DNA from: an uncultured Chloroflexia bacterium
GTDB lineage: Bacteria > Chloroflexota > Limnocylindria > Limnocylindrales > CSP1-4
Direction of reading: 5' to 3'
DNA length: 64,000 nucleotides
Assembly: GCA_963766735.1 (NCBI GenBank)
Contig: CAVYBU010000008.1
Location: 64,001 to 128,000, forward strand
The stretch's first letter is position 1. Each line of letters starts with the position of its first letter. Position numbers and translations under genes: made by a program. Under the pieces are notes generated by a model that was given only the letters and a program-made list of their open reading frames with translations, did not search any database and had not been told where the DNA came from. This document shows positions 1-9,492 of this stretch, one piece after another.

Positions 1-2
1 CG

Positions 3-338
3 CCGGCCTGGTTCGAGGAGCACGGTGTCGCGCTCCGGCAGTACCGGGTGCCGGACGTGACCGTTCCCGACGAGGCTGTCCTCGACGATGCCGTGCCCTG
101 GATCACGGACAGGCTGGCGGAGGGCAGAACCGTGCTCATCCACTGTGCGAAGGGGCGGGGCCGCTCGGCGACGGTGCTCGCCGCCTACCTGATGCAGGCG
201 AAGGGGATGAGCTTCGACGAGGTGGAGGATCTCCTGGTGTCGAAGCGCAAGCTGGTCAAGCTTGAGGACCGGCACCGTCGGGTCCTCGAGCCGTGGATCG
301 CGAAGCAGCAGGCAGCGCCCGCCCCAACGCCGGGCTGA
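3..338 (+). CDS. Dual-specificity/tyrosine protein phosphatase, 5' end outside window
   Basis: HCAKGRGRSATVLAAYL is the CX5R P-loop; reading frame is open to the window edge. Confidence 0.88.
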   Translation, partial: PAWFEEHGVALRQYRVPDVTVPDEAVLDDAVPWITDRLAEGRTVLIHCAKGRGRSATVLAAYLMQAKGMSFDEVEDLLVSKRKLVKLEDRHRRVLEPWIAKQQAAPAPTPG

Positions 339-437
339 GAGGCCGGGGCAGGCGGCACGCCCCGGTGCCCCGGGGTCACCGCGCTGATGGAATGGTTCAA
401 GCGGAGCCGCCCCAGCGCCGCAGCGTCCCGACCGTCG

Positions 438-1664
438 TCAGCGGTGCCCGTTCGCCATGCGGATCGCCTCCGGACGGCGGCGGAGCCGCCACATGGCGAT
501 GATCCCGACCAGCGGGCCGACGGCCAGCAGGGCGAACACGATTCGCCAGCCGAGCGCGTTGTCCGCGCTCAGAAGCCCGATGAGGGTGATGGTGACCCCG
601 GTCAGCAGGAACCCGAGCGCCGTCTGGAGCGCGAGCGCCGAACCGGCCGTGCCGGGCGGCCCGAGCTCCGTCACCGCCGCCGAGAATTGGGCGGAGTCGG
701 CGACGACGCTGACGCCCCAGATCAGCCCCACGATCAGGGTCAGCGCGGGCGGTGCCCCGAACAGGAACCCGATGGCTATCGCGGTCGAGCCGCTCACGGC
801 CATCGCCCCGATGGTGAGGGTCGTGCGTCCGATCCGATCGGCAACGAGACCCGCGACGGCGCACCCGATCCCGCCGGCGGCCACCACCAGGAACGCCGCG
901 AAGCTGGCCACGGCCGGGTCCGCCAGGCCGGCCGCCGTGAAGCTCGCCGCGAAGAACAGCGGGATCCACGTCCACATCGCGTAGAGCTCCCACATGTGAC
1001 CGAGGTACCCGAGGTTGGCCAGCCGGACCGAGGGCTCCGCGAATGCGCGCCGCGCGACCGCGATGCTGAACCGCGGTGCGGCGACGTCGAACGGGCCGCG
1101 GCCCACCCAGCCGCCGACGAGCAGGCCGCCCAGGACCCCGGCGACGCTCGCGCTCCCGACGATCGCGCGCCAGTCCAGGCCCGAGAGGGCGCCGAGGGCC
1201 CGGAAGAGGTAGGGGAGCGACGCGCCGACCGTCAGGGCGCCGACCAGGATCCCGATGGCCAGGCCGCGCTCCTGGCGGAACCAGCCGGTGACGATCTTCA
1301 TGCCGACGGGGTACACGCCCGCCAGCGCGAACCCCGTGATGAAGCGGAAGACGGTGGCCCCGGCGAGGCCGTCGGCGAGATATGCGAAGCCCAGGTTCGC
1401 CACCGCTGCTCCGAGGGCGCCGGCGAGGAACAGGGCACGAGCGGGAAGGACGTCGGCGGCCCCGGTCACCGCGATCAGGAGCGCCCCGACGACGAAGCCG
1501 AGCTGGACCGCGATGGTCAGCATCGGCAGGTCCATGCCGGACAGGGACAGTTCCGCGGTGATCAGCGGCGCCACCGCCGAGGCGCTGAACCACGGCGACA
1601 TCGCCAGCAGCTCGCCCAGCCCGAGCAGGGCCAGCAGGCGCCAGCGCCCCGGGGCCCTCTCCAT
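438..1664 (-). CDS. MFS transporter
   Basis: 408 aa with about 12 hydrophobic segments; motif-A-like GLVADRIGR; GAGGAGG RBS upstream. Confidence 0.92.
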   Translation of the reverse strand: MERAPGRWRLLALLGLGELLAMSPWFSASAVAPLITAELSLSGMDLPMLTIAVQLGFVVGALLIAVTGAADVLPARALFLAGALGAAVANLGFAYLADGLAGATVFRFITGFALAGVYPVGMKIVTGWFRQERGLAIGILVGALTVGASLPYLFRALGALSGLDWRAIVGSASVAGVLGGLLVGGWVGRGPFDVAAPRFSIAVARRAFAEPSVRLANLGYLGHMWELYAMWTWIPLFFAASFTAAGLADPAVASFAAFLVVAAGGIGCAVAGLVADRIGRTTLTIGAMAVSGSTAIAIGFLFGAPPALTLIVGLIWGVSVVADSAQFSAAVTELGPPGTAGSALALQTALGFLLTGVTITLIGLLSADNALGWRIVFALLAVGPLVGIIAMWRLRRRPEAIRMANGHR

Positions 1665-2019
1665 CGTCGTGGCGATCCTCCTCGAACCCGTGCCTGAGCC
1701 GCGAGCTCGCGAGAGCCGCTACCGGACCACGATGGTCGCTGTCGGAGCTGCCCCAAGCTCCCGCCACCTCGATGATCGCGGCATCCTGCGCGCACCGGGC
1801 GCAGGATGCAAGACCCGGATACCCTCGAGGAGGTCCGCGGCTACTCGGCCCTGCTGGACCGGGGCATCTCCAGGCTGGCGGCCGCCGGCAAGTGCCCCAG
1901 CACGGGCCCCCGCCCGACCGTCCCCGGCCCGCCGGGCAGGAACTGCACATGAGTCACGTCACGTCGGCTGTCGCCGCCGGCCACGCGGCGCACCGCGGCG
2001 AATCGAGGAGCACCAGGCA

Positions 2020-3534
2020 ATGAACAAGCGAGCAGTCGCCATCGGCGGCGCCGTGGTCGTCGGCGTCGGGCTCGTCGGCCTCGTCGTCGCCGGCCCCCTG
2101 CTGGGCAGCAGGACGCCCGAGGTCACCTACCTGACCGACACCGCCTCCATCATGGACGTGCGCACGACCGTCTCGATCAGCGGGTCGATCGAGCCGGTTG
2201 ACTCCTACGGCCTCGCGTTCGGCGAGGCACCGGTCCGGTCGCCGCAGGCAGCGGTGACGGCCGCCCGCTCGGCCACGGCGGTTCAATGGACCGCGGCCAC
2301 GGTGAACGTCGAGACCGGGGACATGGTCAAGGCCGGCGACGTGTTGGCTGTCGCCGAAACCGAGGATGCCGAGCTGGCCCTGACGATTGCCCAGGCGAAC
2401 CTCGCGGCGGCGGAGGCGAGGCTGAAGGCCGACGAGCTGCCGGTCTCGAAGACCACCAAGGCGAAGGCCAAGCTTGGGGTCACGCAGGCCAACAGCCAGC
2501 TCTCCCAGGCCAAGAAGGCGCTGTCCCAGACGCAGGCGGCCGGCCGGCTCGCCATCTCCCAGGCAACGGCGGCGAACAAGGACGCGAAGGCGCAGCTGGC
2601 GAAGGATCGCGCGGCCAAGGCGCCGGCCGCCGTCATCACGGCGGACAAGGCGGCCGTCAAGCAGACTTCGCGGGCGCTCGCCACCGCGAAGCTGCAGGCC
2701 ACCTCTGCGAACACGCAGGCGTCAAACCAGGTCGCGGCGGCCAAGCTGGGCGTCACCTCCGCCAACCTCGCCTACGATGGAGCGACCGACGTCGACACGT
2801 CTGCGGCCGTCGCCGCGGACCGCGCCGCCGTGGTGCAGGCAGAGTCGGTCGTCGCCGACGCCGAGCGGACGCTCGAGCGGGCCACCCTGACCGCGCCGAT
2901 CGACGGCATCGTCTCGTCCGTCACCATCGTGCCCGGTGACTCGGCTTCGGGCATCGTGATCCTCCTCCGTGGGACGGAAGTCCAGGTGGCCGCGTCCATC
3001 ACCGAGAGCGACCTGCCATCCGTGCAGGTCGGCCAGGCGGCCGAGGTGACGATCCCCGCGCTGGATGCTTCGGTGGGCGGCAAGGTGGACGCGGTCGACG
3101 TGGCCGGCGCCACGAAGAGCGCCTCGGGCGTCGTCTCCTACGAAGTCGTGATCTCGCTCGACTCCGCCCCCGAGCTCGTGGCGCCGGGCATGACCGCCGA
3201 TGTGGACATCACCACCGACCTCGCGCCCGCGGTGCTCGCGGTGCCGGTGACTGCGGTGGGCGGCGCACCCGGTGCCTACACGGTGCAGGTGCTGGACGGC
3301 CCTGACCGCGTACAGACGATCCCGGTCGAGGTCGGCCTGATGACGCCGTCGCTTGCGGAGATCCGGTCGGGCCTCACCGAGGGCATGGTGGTGGTCACCG
3401 GCACGGCGTCCGCCAAGGACCTCGTGACGACGTTCCCCACCGGTCCGGGCGGCGGGGGTGGAGGCACATCCGGTGGGTCCGGTGGCTCCGGCGGTTCCGG
3501 CGCCGGGTCAACCCCGCCCGACGCACAGCCGTGA
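2020..3534 (+). CDS. Efflux membrane-fusion/adaptor subunit (MacA/YknX-like)
   Basis: ATG at 2020 after GAGGAG; N-terminal TM, lipoyl-like VETGDMVKAGDVLA and LTAPIDGIVS halves, Ala-rich coiled coil, PGMTADV; overlaps next gene. Confidence 0.88.
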   Translation: MNKRAVAIGGAVVVGVGLVGLVVAGPLLGSRTPEVTYLTDTASIMDVRTTVSISGSIEPVDSYGLAFGEAPVRSPQAAVTAARSATAVQWTAATVNVETGDMVKAGDVLAVAETEDAELALTIAQANLAAAEARLKADELPVSKTTKAKAKLGVTQANSQLSQAKKALSQTQAAGRLAISQATAANKDAKAQLAKDRAAKAPAAVITADKAAVKQTSRALATAKLQATSANTQASNQVAAAKLGVTSANLAYDGATDVDTSAAVAADRAAVVQAESVVADAERTLERATLTAPIDGIVSSVTIVPGDSASGIVILLRGTEVQVAASITESDLPSVQVGQAAEVTIPALDASVGGKVDAVDVAGATKSASGVVSYEVVISLDSAPELVAPGMTADVDITTDLAPAVLAVPVTAVGGAPGAYTVQVLDGPDRVQTIPVEVGLMTPSLAEIRSGLTEGMVVVTGTASAKDLVTTFPTGPGGGGGGTSGGSGGSGGSGAGSTPPDAQP

Positions 3535-4238
3535 CGACCGTGAACCCGTTCCCGGACCCGGCCGCCGGGACGCCGGTGATCGAGATGCGCGGTATCGGCA
3601 AGACGTACCGGTCCGGCCGCCTGGAGGTCGAGGCTCTGCAGGGCGTGGATCTCGACGTGAGCTCGGGCGACTTCCTGGCGATCGTCGGCCCATCGGGATC
3701 CGGCAAGTCAACGCTCATGAACCTGCTCGGCTGCCTGGATCGCCCGACCACCGGCACCTACAGGCTCGCCGGGACCGATGTGGCGGGCCTGTCGGACGAC
3801 GAGCTCGCCCGGGTTCGCAACCGGACGATCGGGTTCGTGTTCCAGTCGTTCAACCTGTTGCCGAGGACGACGGCGCTCGAGAACGTGGCCATGCCGCTCC
3901 TGTATGCGGGCGTGGGCCGGGCGGAGCGGCTGCAGCGGGCCCGGGACGCCCTGGCCCGTCTGGGACTCGAGGACCGGATGACGCATGAGCCGTCGGAGCT
4001 GTCCGGGGGTCAGCAGCAGCGGGTGGCGATCGCGCGGGCGCTCGTGAGCCGGCCGACGATCATCCTCGCGGACGAGCCCACCGGAAACCTGGACTCAGCC
4101 TCGGGCGCGGACGTGCTCGCACTGCTCCACGAGCTGAACGATGCCGGGACGACGATCGTGCTCATCACCCATGACAGCGACGTGGCCGTCGCGGCCACGC
4201 GCCGCGTCAGGGTGCGCGACGGGAGGCTCGCCGCGTGA
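3531..4238 (+). CDS. ABC transporter ATP-binding protein (MacB/LolD-type)
   Basis: GPSGSGKST Walker A, LSGGQQQRV signature, ILADEPTGNLD Walker B. Confidence 0.95.
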   Translation: MTTVNPFPDPAAGTPVIEMRGIGKTYRSGRLEVEALQGVDLDVSSGDFLAIVGPSGSGKSTLMNLLGCLDRPTTGTYRLAGTDVAGLSDDELARVRNRTIGFVFQSFNLLPRTTALENVAMPLLYAGVGRAERLQRARDALARLGLEDRMTHEPSELSGGQQQRVAIARALVSRPTIILADEPTGNLDSASGADVLALLHELNDAGTTIVLITHDSDVAVAATRRVRVRDGRLAA

Positions 4239-5431
4239 ACTGGGCGGAGCTCGTCCCCCTCGCGATCTCGCGACTCGCGGCCGCCCGGCTCCGGGCGCTG
4301 CTGACGATGCTGGGGGTGATCATCGGAGTCGGGTCCATCGTGGCGCTCGTCTCGGTGGCGCAGGGCGCGACATCCGGGATCACCAACCTCATCGAGGGCC
4401 TCGGGACAAACCTGCTCAGCGTCAGTCCCGGTGCCAGCACGTTCGGCTTCGTGCGCGGGGCAGGCGGGTCGGCCGACACGCTGACGGTCGACGACGCGGA
4501 GGCCATCGCGCAGGTCGAGGGTGTCGCCCAGGTCGCTCCGCAGGTGTCGACGATGGCGGTCGTCGTGGCCGGCTCCTCGAACACCACCACCACCGTCTCC
4601 GGGATCACGCCGGCCTTCATGCCGGTGCGCGCCTACGAGATCTGGCGCGGGTCGTTCGTGTCCGAGGCGGAATACGCGGCCGGGCTGCGGGTCGCCGTGC
4701 TCGGTTCCACCACGGCCGATGCCCTCCGCCTGGGTGCGGCCGCCGTGGGCTCTGACATCAACGTTGGCGGCGTCCCGTTCCGCGTGATCGGCATCCTCCA
4801 GCCCAAGGGCATCCTCGACGACCAGGTCTATGTCCCGCTGTCGGCGCTGCGCGACTACTTCGTTGCGGGGCACTCCCTGCAGTCGCTCTCCGTGTCGACC
4901 GAGCGCGCGGACCAGATCCCGCTCACCAAGTTCCGGATCACGGAGCTGCTGAGGGCGCGCCACGGGATCGTGGACGGGGCCGAGAACGACTTCACGATCA
5001 TCGACCAGGCGCAGCTGCTGTCCGCCTTCGGGACGATCACCGGGCTCCTGTCCCTGCTCCTTGCCGGCATCGCGTCGATCAGCCTGCTTGTGGGCGGCAT
5101 CGGGATCATGAACATCATGCTGGTCTCGGTCAGGGAGCGGACACGGGAGATCGGCATCCGCAAGGCCATCGGGGCGCGCGGCCGGGACATCCTGGCCCAG
5201 TTCCTCGTCGAGGCCCTGGTGCTCTCCCTTGCCGGCGGCGTGCTCGGGATCGTTTTCGGCGTCGCCGCCTCCGCCGCGATCGGCGCCCTCGCCGGCTGGG
5301 GGCTCAACATCAGCCCGGTCACGATCCTGCTGGCGGCCGGGTTCTCGCTTGCCGTCGGGGTGATCTTCGGCGTCTGGCCTGCCCGGCAGGCCGCCCGGCT
5401 CGATCCCATCGCCGCGCTCAGGTACGAGTAG
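4235..5431 (+). CDS. ABC transporter permease (MacB/FtsX-type)
   Basis: LTMLGVIIGV and VGGIGIMNIMLVSVRERTREIGIRKAIGA motifs; ends ARLDPIAALRYE. Confidence 0.95.
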   Translation: MNWAELVPLAISRLAAARLRALLTMLGVIIGVGSIVALVSVAQGATSGITNLIEGLGTNLLSVSPGASTFGFVRGAGGSADTLTVDDAEAIAQVEGVAQVAPQVSTMAVVVAGSSNTTTTVSGITPAFMPVRAYEIWRGSFVSEAEYAAGLRVAVLGSTTADALRLGAAAVGSDINVGGVPFRVIGILQPKGILDDQVYVPLSALRDYFVAGHSLQSLSVSTERADQIPLTKFRITELLRARHGIVDGAENDFTIIDQAQLLSAFGTITGLLSLLLAGIASISLLVGGIGIMNIMLVSVRERTREIGIRKAIGARGRDILAQFLVEALVLSLAGGVLGIVFGVAASAAIGALAGWGLNISPVTILLAAGFSLAVGVIFGVWPARQAARLDPIAALRYE

Positions 5432-5517
5432 CCGGCCGCTCCCGGATCAGGCTGCGAACGCTCACTACTCGGGCCCGGCCGGGAATGCACCGCCCGTATC
5501 GGCGCCCCGCGCCGGGA

Positions 5518-5853
5518 TCAGCGCACGAGTGCCCGACCGCTCCTTGCCCAGGCGCCGGTCCCTCCGCGCACGGAGACGGCTCCCTCGAAACCCTGGTCGA
5601 CGAGGTAGGCGGTGGCGCTCCGGCTTCTGCTCCCCGACTGGCAGATGACCGCGTAGGGCTTGTCGTGCTTGAGCTTGGCGACGCGGTCCGGCAGCCGCTT
5701 CACGGGGATGTGGATCGCTCCTCGGAGGTGTCCGCTCCTGAACTCGGAGTCCTCGCGAACGTCAAGGACGCGGACGGCGCCCTGCACCATCAGCGCATCG
5801 AGCTCCTCGATGTCGATCTGGGGCCCGCCGAGGCGGCGCAGGAACGAGAACAC
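5518..5853 (-). CDS. Single-domain rhodanese (sulfurtransferase)
   Basis: LDVREDSEFRSGHLRGAIHIP, active loop CQSGSRS, GGTGAW; GTG start behind GGAGGG. Confidence 0.9.
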   Translation of the reverse strand: MFSFLRRLGGPQIDIEELDALMVQGAVRVLDVREDSEFRSGHLRGAIHIPVKRLPDRVAKLKHDKPYAVICQSGSRSRSATAYLVDQGFEGAVSVRGGTGAWARSGRALVR

Positions 5854-5947
5854 GTGTCCCTCCGGTGACGGTGTCAGGCGGGTTCGGCCCGCGACATCCA
5901 GCGAGCAAGGATAGCCGGGGATCGCAGGAGCGCCGGCGGGGACCGCT

Positions 5948-6220
5948 CTACGCGCGAACCGGCACCGCGCCCGACGCCGCGGCCGGCGCCGGCCCATGGG
6001 GATCAGCGGCCGGGATCGTGATCACGCGCCTGCGATCGTGCATCAGCTCCCGCACGAACTTGGCGAGCGGGTCGGGCAGACGGGCGGGTGCCGCAAAGCG
6101 GACGCACTCGAGCCACACGACGTCATCGCGGACGGTGATGGTGAGGTCGCTCCCGCATGAGCAGAAGGAAGGGGAACGGAGGGCCGCGTCGACCGCGACC
6201 AGGACGGAGTCGTCGTGCAT
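5948..6220 (-). CDS. Small hypothetical protein, possible metal-binding (CSC...C)
   Basis: 90 aa from ATG at 6220 behind GAGGTG; protein-like composition; co-oriented with rhodanese. Confidence 0.6.
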   Translation of the reverse strand: MHDDSVLVAVDAALRSPSFCSCGSDLTITVRDDVVWLECVRFAAPARLPDPLAKFVRELMHDRRRVITIPAADPHGPAPAAASGAVPVRA

Positions 6221-6456
6221 GGCACGCACCTCGGCTCCCGGCCGTCCGATCGCCGGTGCCCACACAGGTTGCGGGCGAGGTCGATCAGCCAGGAGCAAGA
6301 CCGCCGTGGCCCAACTTGATGCGCAGCGGCGCAGGATCCACGGCCCGGACTGCTGCCACCCCTTGGCGGACGAAGCGATCCGTATGTCGATTGTCCGCCC
6401 GGGGGGCCGTCGGATCAAGGCTGGACGGGGTAGCGAGATGGTTGCGCTTGGGTTAG

Positions 6457-6468
6457 TGGACTAGTCCA
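6457..6468. promoter_or_regulatory. Perfect 12-bp palindrome TGGACTAGTCCA, candidate operator
   Basis: Lies in the divergent intergenic region between the small gene and htrA; lower GC than surroundings. Confidence 0.45.
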
Positions 6469-6643
6469 AGTGGCAGGGTCAATGGGAGCCGAATGCGACC
6501 CGGATGCTGCGATACGGATAAGAAATCACAAGAAGCCGCGGTCTATCACCGAACTCTCAGACAACTGGGCCAGCGTGGTTGCCAGACAGCCCGTGCTCAT
6601 TCGCGCCGACAGGAGTCGGCGTCCCCGGGCGGAGGTATCCCGC

Positions 6644-8185
6644 ATGCACGATCCCCAGTCAGCGCCCCCCGAGGCGCCGCGATGGCAGACGGACGGCCAG
6701 GTGCCCGTCCCGCCTCCCGCACCCGCGAACGTCGGCGAATCGCCGACGGAGCCGTTCATCCCGACCTTCGCCGCCCCGCCGCCCCCCGACCCCGGCGCCT
6801 GGGGCCGGCCCACGTTTGCCCCGCCGGAGCCGGCCGCGCCCGCGCCGAAGGCTCCCGCTCGCCGTTCGGCCGGGGTCGGCATGGTGGTGGCCGCGGTCCT
6901 CGCGACTGCGGTGCTGACCTCCGGTGGAACCTACCTCGCGATGAGTGCCGCCGGTACCGGTGGCACCGCCGCCACCCAGCCGCCCGTGTTCACGCCGACG
7001 GCCGCGGGTCCGGGCACCCAGCCGTCGCCGGCTCCCACAGCCGCGGACCCGGGCGCGCCGGCCACGGCAGCGCCGGCCGCCCCCGTCGCCCCCGCGGGCG
7101 GGTCGGCCTCCATCGTGGACATCGTCAAGGCCGTCAGCCCGGCCGTCGTCACCATCGTGGCGGATGGCGTCACCGAGACAGACCCCATCACGGGCATGTC
7201 CGGCACCGGGACGGCGACCGGCTCCGGCGTCATCTTCGACGCGAGCGGCCTGATCCTCACCAACCGCCACGTCGTCGAGGGCAGTCCGTCCAGGCTGACC
7301 GTCAACCTCAAGGACGGCCGTTCGTTCGACGCGACCATCTACGGGGTTGACACCCTCACGGACCTCGCCATCGTCAAGGTCGACGCGACGGGCCTGCCCA
7401 CCGCTCCGATCGGCGACTCGTCGACGATCCAGGTGGGGCAGCAGGCGATCGCGATCGGCAGCCCCCTGGGCGAGTTCACGGACTCCGTCACGAGCGGGAT
7501 CATCTCGGCCATCGGCCGCAGCATCCCCGTCGCGACCGGGACCCTCTCCAACCTGCTGCAGACCGACACCGCGATCAACCCCGGCAACAGCGGCGGTCCG
7601 CTTCTCGACCCGGCCGGTTCCGTCATCGGCATCAACACCGCCATCGCCAGCTCAGGCCAGGGCATCGGCTTCGCGATCCCGATCAACATCGCCCGCCCGC
7701 TGCTCGCGCAGGCTTCGGCGGGGGAGGCGCTGTCTCGACCGTGGATGGGCATCAGGTTCCAGACGATCACGCCGGCGATCAAGCAGGAGGCCAGCCTCCC
7801 GGTCAACAACGGCGCCTGGATCCCGACTGCCTCGGCGCTCACGGGCCAGGGCTCAACTGGGCAGGATCCGAATGCACCGGTCGATCCGTTCGGCCAGGGC
7901 CAGGACCCGTTCGGCCAGGGCCAGGACCCGTTCGGCCAGGGCCAGATTGGCGGTTCGAGGGCGGCCCAGCCGGCGATCGTCGCGGGTAGCCCCGCCGAGC
8001 AGGCAGGGCTCCAGGCCGGCGACATCATCACGGCCGTCAACGGCACGTCGCTCGACGTGACTCATCCGCTCGACCTCGTCCTGAGCCAGAGCGCGCCCGG
8101 CCAGACCATCACTCTGGACGTGCTCCGGAACGGCCAGACGATCCAGATCCCCCTGACGCTGGGAACACGCCCGGCCACCCTGTAG
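6644..8185 (+). CDS. htrA: HtrA/DegP-family serine protease (TM anchor, trypsin domain, PDZ)
   Basis: TNRHVV, DLAIVKV, QTDTAINPGNSGGPL catalytic motifs; PDZ SPAEQAGLQAGDII; GGAGGT RBS. Confidence 0.92.
   Translation: MHDPQSAPPEAPRWQTDGQVPVPPPAPANVGESPTEPFIPTFAAPPPPDPGAWGRPTFAPPEPAAPAPKAPARRSAGVGMVVAAVLATAVLTSGGTYLAMSAAGTGGTAATQPPVFTPTAAGPGTQPSPAPTAADPGAPATAAPAAPVAPAGGSASIVDIVKAVSPAVVTIVADGVTETDPITGMSGTGTATGSGVIFDASGLILTNRHVVEGSPSRLTVNLKDGRSFDATIYGVDTLTDLAIVKVDATGLPTAPIGDSSTIQVGQQAIAIGSPLGEFTDSVTSGIISAIGRSIPVATGTLSNLLQTDTAINPGNSGGPLLDPAGSVIGINTAIASSGQGIGFAIPINIARPLLAQASAGEALSRPWMGIRFQTITPAIKQEASLPVNNGAWIPTASALTGQGSTGQDPNAPVDPFGQGQDPFGQGQDPFGQGQIGGSRAAQPAIVAGSPAEQAGLQAGDIITAVNGTSLDVTHPLDLVLSQSAPGQTITLDVLRNGQTIQIPLTLGTRPATL
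7883..7945 (+). repeat. 3 x 21-bp tandem repeat encoding (DPFGQGQ)3 within the HtrA PDZ region
   Basis: GAYCCGTTCGGCCAGGGCCAG three times, no spacers, in frame. Confidence 0.95.
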
Positions 8186-8244
8186 GCACGGCCAGCGTGT
8201 CGCCGTCGGCCATCGTGTAGCCGCCGGCCGACCACGCGAACCAG

Positions 8245-8273
8245 AGGCGGGACCGACCACGTCGGTCCCGCCT
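8245..8273. terminator. Hairpin between convergent htrA and SPFH genes, probable bidirectional terminator
   Basis: AGGCGGGACCGAC-CAC-GTCGGTCCCGCCT, 13-bp perfect stem. Confidence 0.75.
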
Positions 8274-8352
8274 TCGTATGCGCGGTCCTGAGCGACAGCT
8301 ACTCCCCGCGTCGCCCCGCCGGACCATTGATCGGCGGCTGTCGCTGCGCGCG

Positions 8353-9492
8353 TCATCCGGGCGCGTCGGGTCCGGATGCCCGATGCCCAGCGCCCTGGGT
8401 CGCCTGCTGGACCGACCGGGTCAGCAACTCGAAGATCGGGGCGATCTGGTTCAGGAGATGGCCATCCTCGCCGTAGATGGACAGGTTCGTGCCGCGCAGC
8501 ACCCTGGAAGCCGCCTCCACCATCCGGGGCGCCTGTTCGACGGGCAGCAACTCCAGGCGCAGTGCCTGCCGGGCTCGCTCGAGCAGGAGGTCAGCCTCGA
8601 CATCGAACGCCTTGACCTGGTTCTGCAGCTTGCGCAGCTCCAGCTCCTCGCGCAGGATGCCGCTCTCCGTCGTGATCCTGAGCAGGCGGACCGGCGCTTC
8701 CGCGTTCACCCGATCCTGCTCCGCGGCCAGCTGGCTGTGCAGGCGCTCCTGCTCCAGCCCCAGGGCCTGCTGATCGGTGGCCAGGTTCTCTGTCTGCATC
8801 CGACGCTGGCGGGCCAGTTGCGCCAGCTCCATCTCCTCCTGGCGCCGCAGGCTGTCGCGATCGGTGGCCAGCTTCTTCTCCTGGACCCGGCCTTCCGATG
8901 CCAGCTCTGCGAGGCGGATCTCCTCCTGCGACCGGATGCTGGACTGGTCGCTCTTGAGCTTGATCTCGTTGCGGACCTCGGCCTCCAGCTGCTGGCGCAG
9001 CTCGGGGTCAACGATGAAGACCTGCGCGACCCGCGCGACCTCGACCTCGATGCCCCAATCGTTGGTCTGCGCATCCTCGCCGTGGACCGTTGCGTGCAGC
9101 GCGGTCTCCACGACCCCGCTCAGGGTCGTCTTGCGCTGTTCGATGCACTCGGCCATGGTCATGTGGGAGACCGCATGACGCAGCTCCCCCAGGCAGATGT
9201 GGGTGAGCAGCGTGCTGATCCGCTCCGCGCCGCCACGGGAGCTGAAGTCGAACATGCGGGCTGCCGCGACGGGGTCGGTGATCCGGTAGATGACGATCCC
9301 CTTGAACCGCAGGGGAATGCCGTCCTTGGTCTCCTGGGTGAACTCGAAGGCTGCTTCCTGCTTGGTGCTGGGCACGAGCACGAAGATGGTTCCCGGGCGC
9401 AGGAAGGCCGAGACTGCCGAGCCCCGGTTCTCCAGCGTCCCCTTGCGGCCAACCAGCAGGTACTGGTTCGGACCTGCCTTGACAGACGGCAT
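8353..9492 (-). CDS. SPFH/flotillin-like protein
   Basis: N-terminal KAGPNQYLLV, TKDGIPLRFKGIVIYRITDP band-7 pattern, WGIEVEV, C-terminal E/Q/R coiled coil; alternative GTG start at 9501. Confidence 0.82.
   Translation of the reverse strand: MPSVKAGPNQYLLVGRKGTLENRGSAVSAFLRPGTIFVLVPSTKQEAAFEFTQETKDGIPLRFKGIVIYRITDPVAAARMFDFSSRGGAERISTLLTHICLGELRHAVSHMTMAECIEQRKTTLSGVVETALHATVHGEDAQTNDWGIEVEVARVAQVFIVDPELRQQLEAEVRNEIKLKSDQSSIRSQEEIRLAELASEGRVQEKKLATDRDSLRRQEEMELAQLARQRRMQTENLATDQQALGLEQERLHSQLAAEQDRVNAEAPVRLLRITTESGILREELELRKLQNQVKAFDVEADLLLERARQALRLELLPVEQAPRMVEAASRVLRGTNLSIYGEDGHLLNQIAPIFELLTRSVQQATQGAGHRASGPDAPG

Noticed and set aside
1255-2019. N-terminal extensions in the ORF track (for example 1255, 13931, 24829, 30792, 32345, 33328, 40722, 56605)
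   Set aside because: They overlap other real genes; better starts with RBS, gene coupling or -10 support lie downstream
7883-7945. Direct repeats as a possible CRISPR array (also 59881-59968 and 63597-63645)
   Set aside because: No unique spacers, units too short, mostly in-frame coding, and no cas genes
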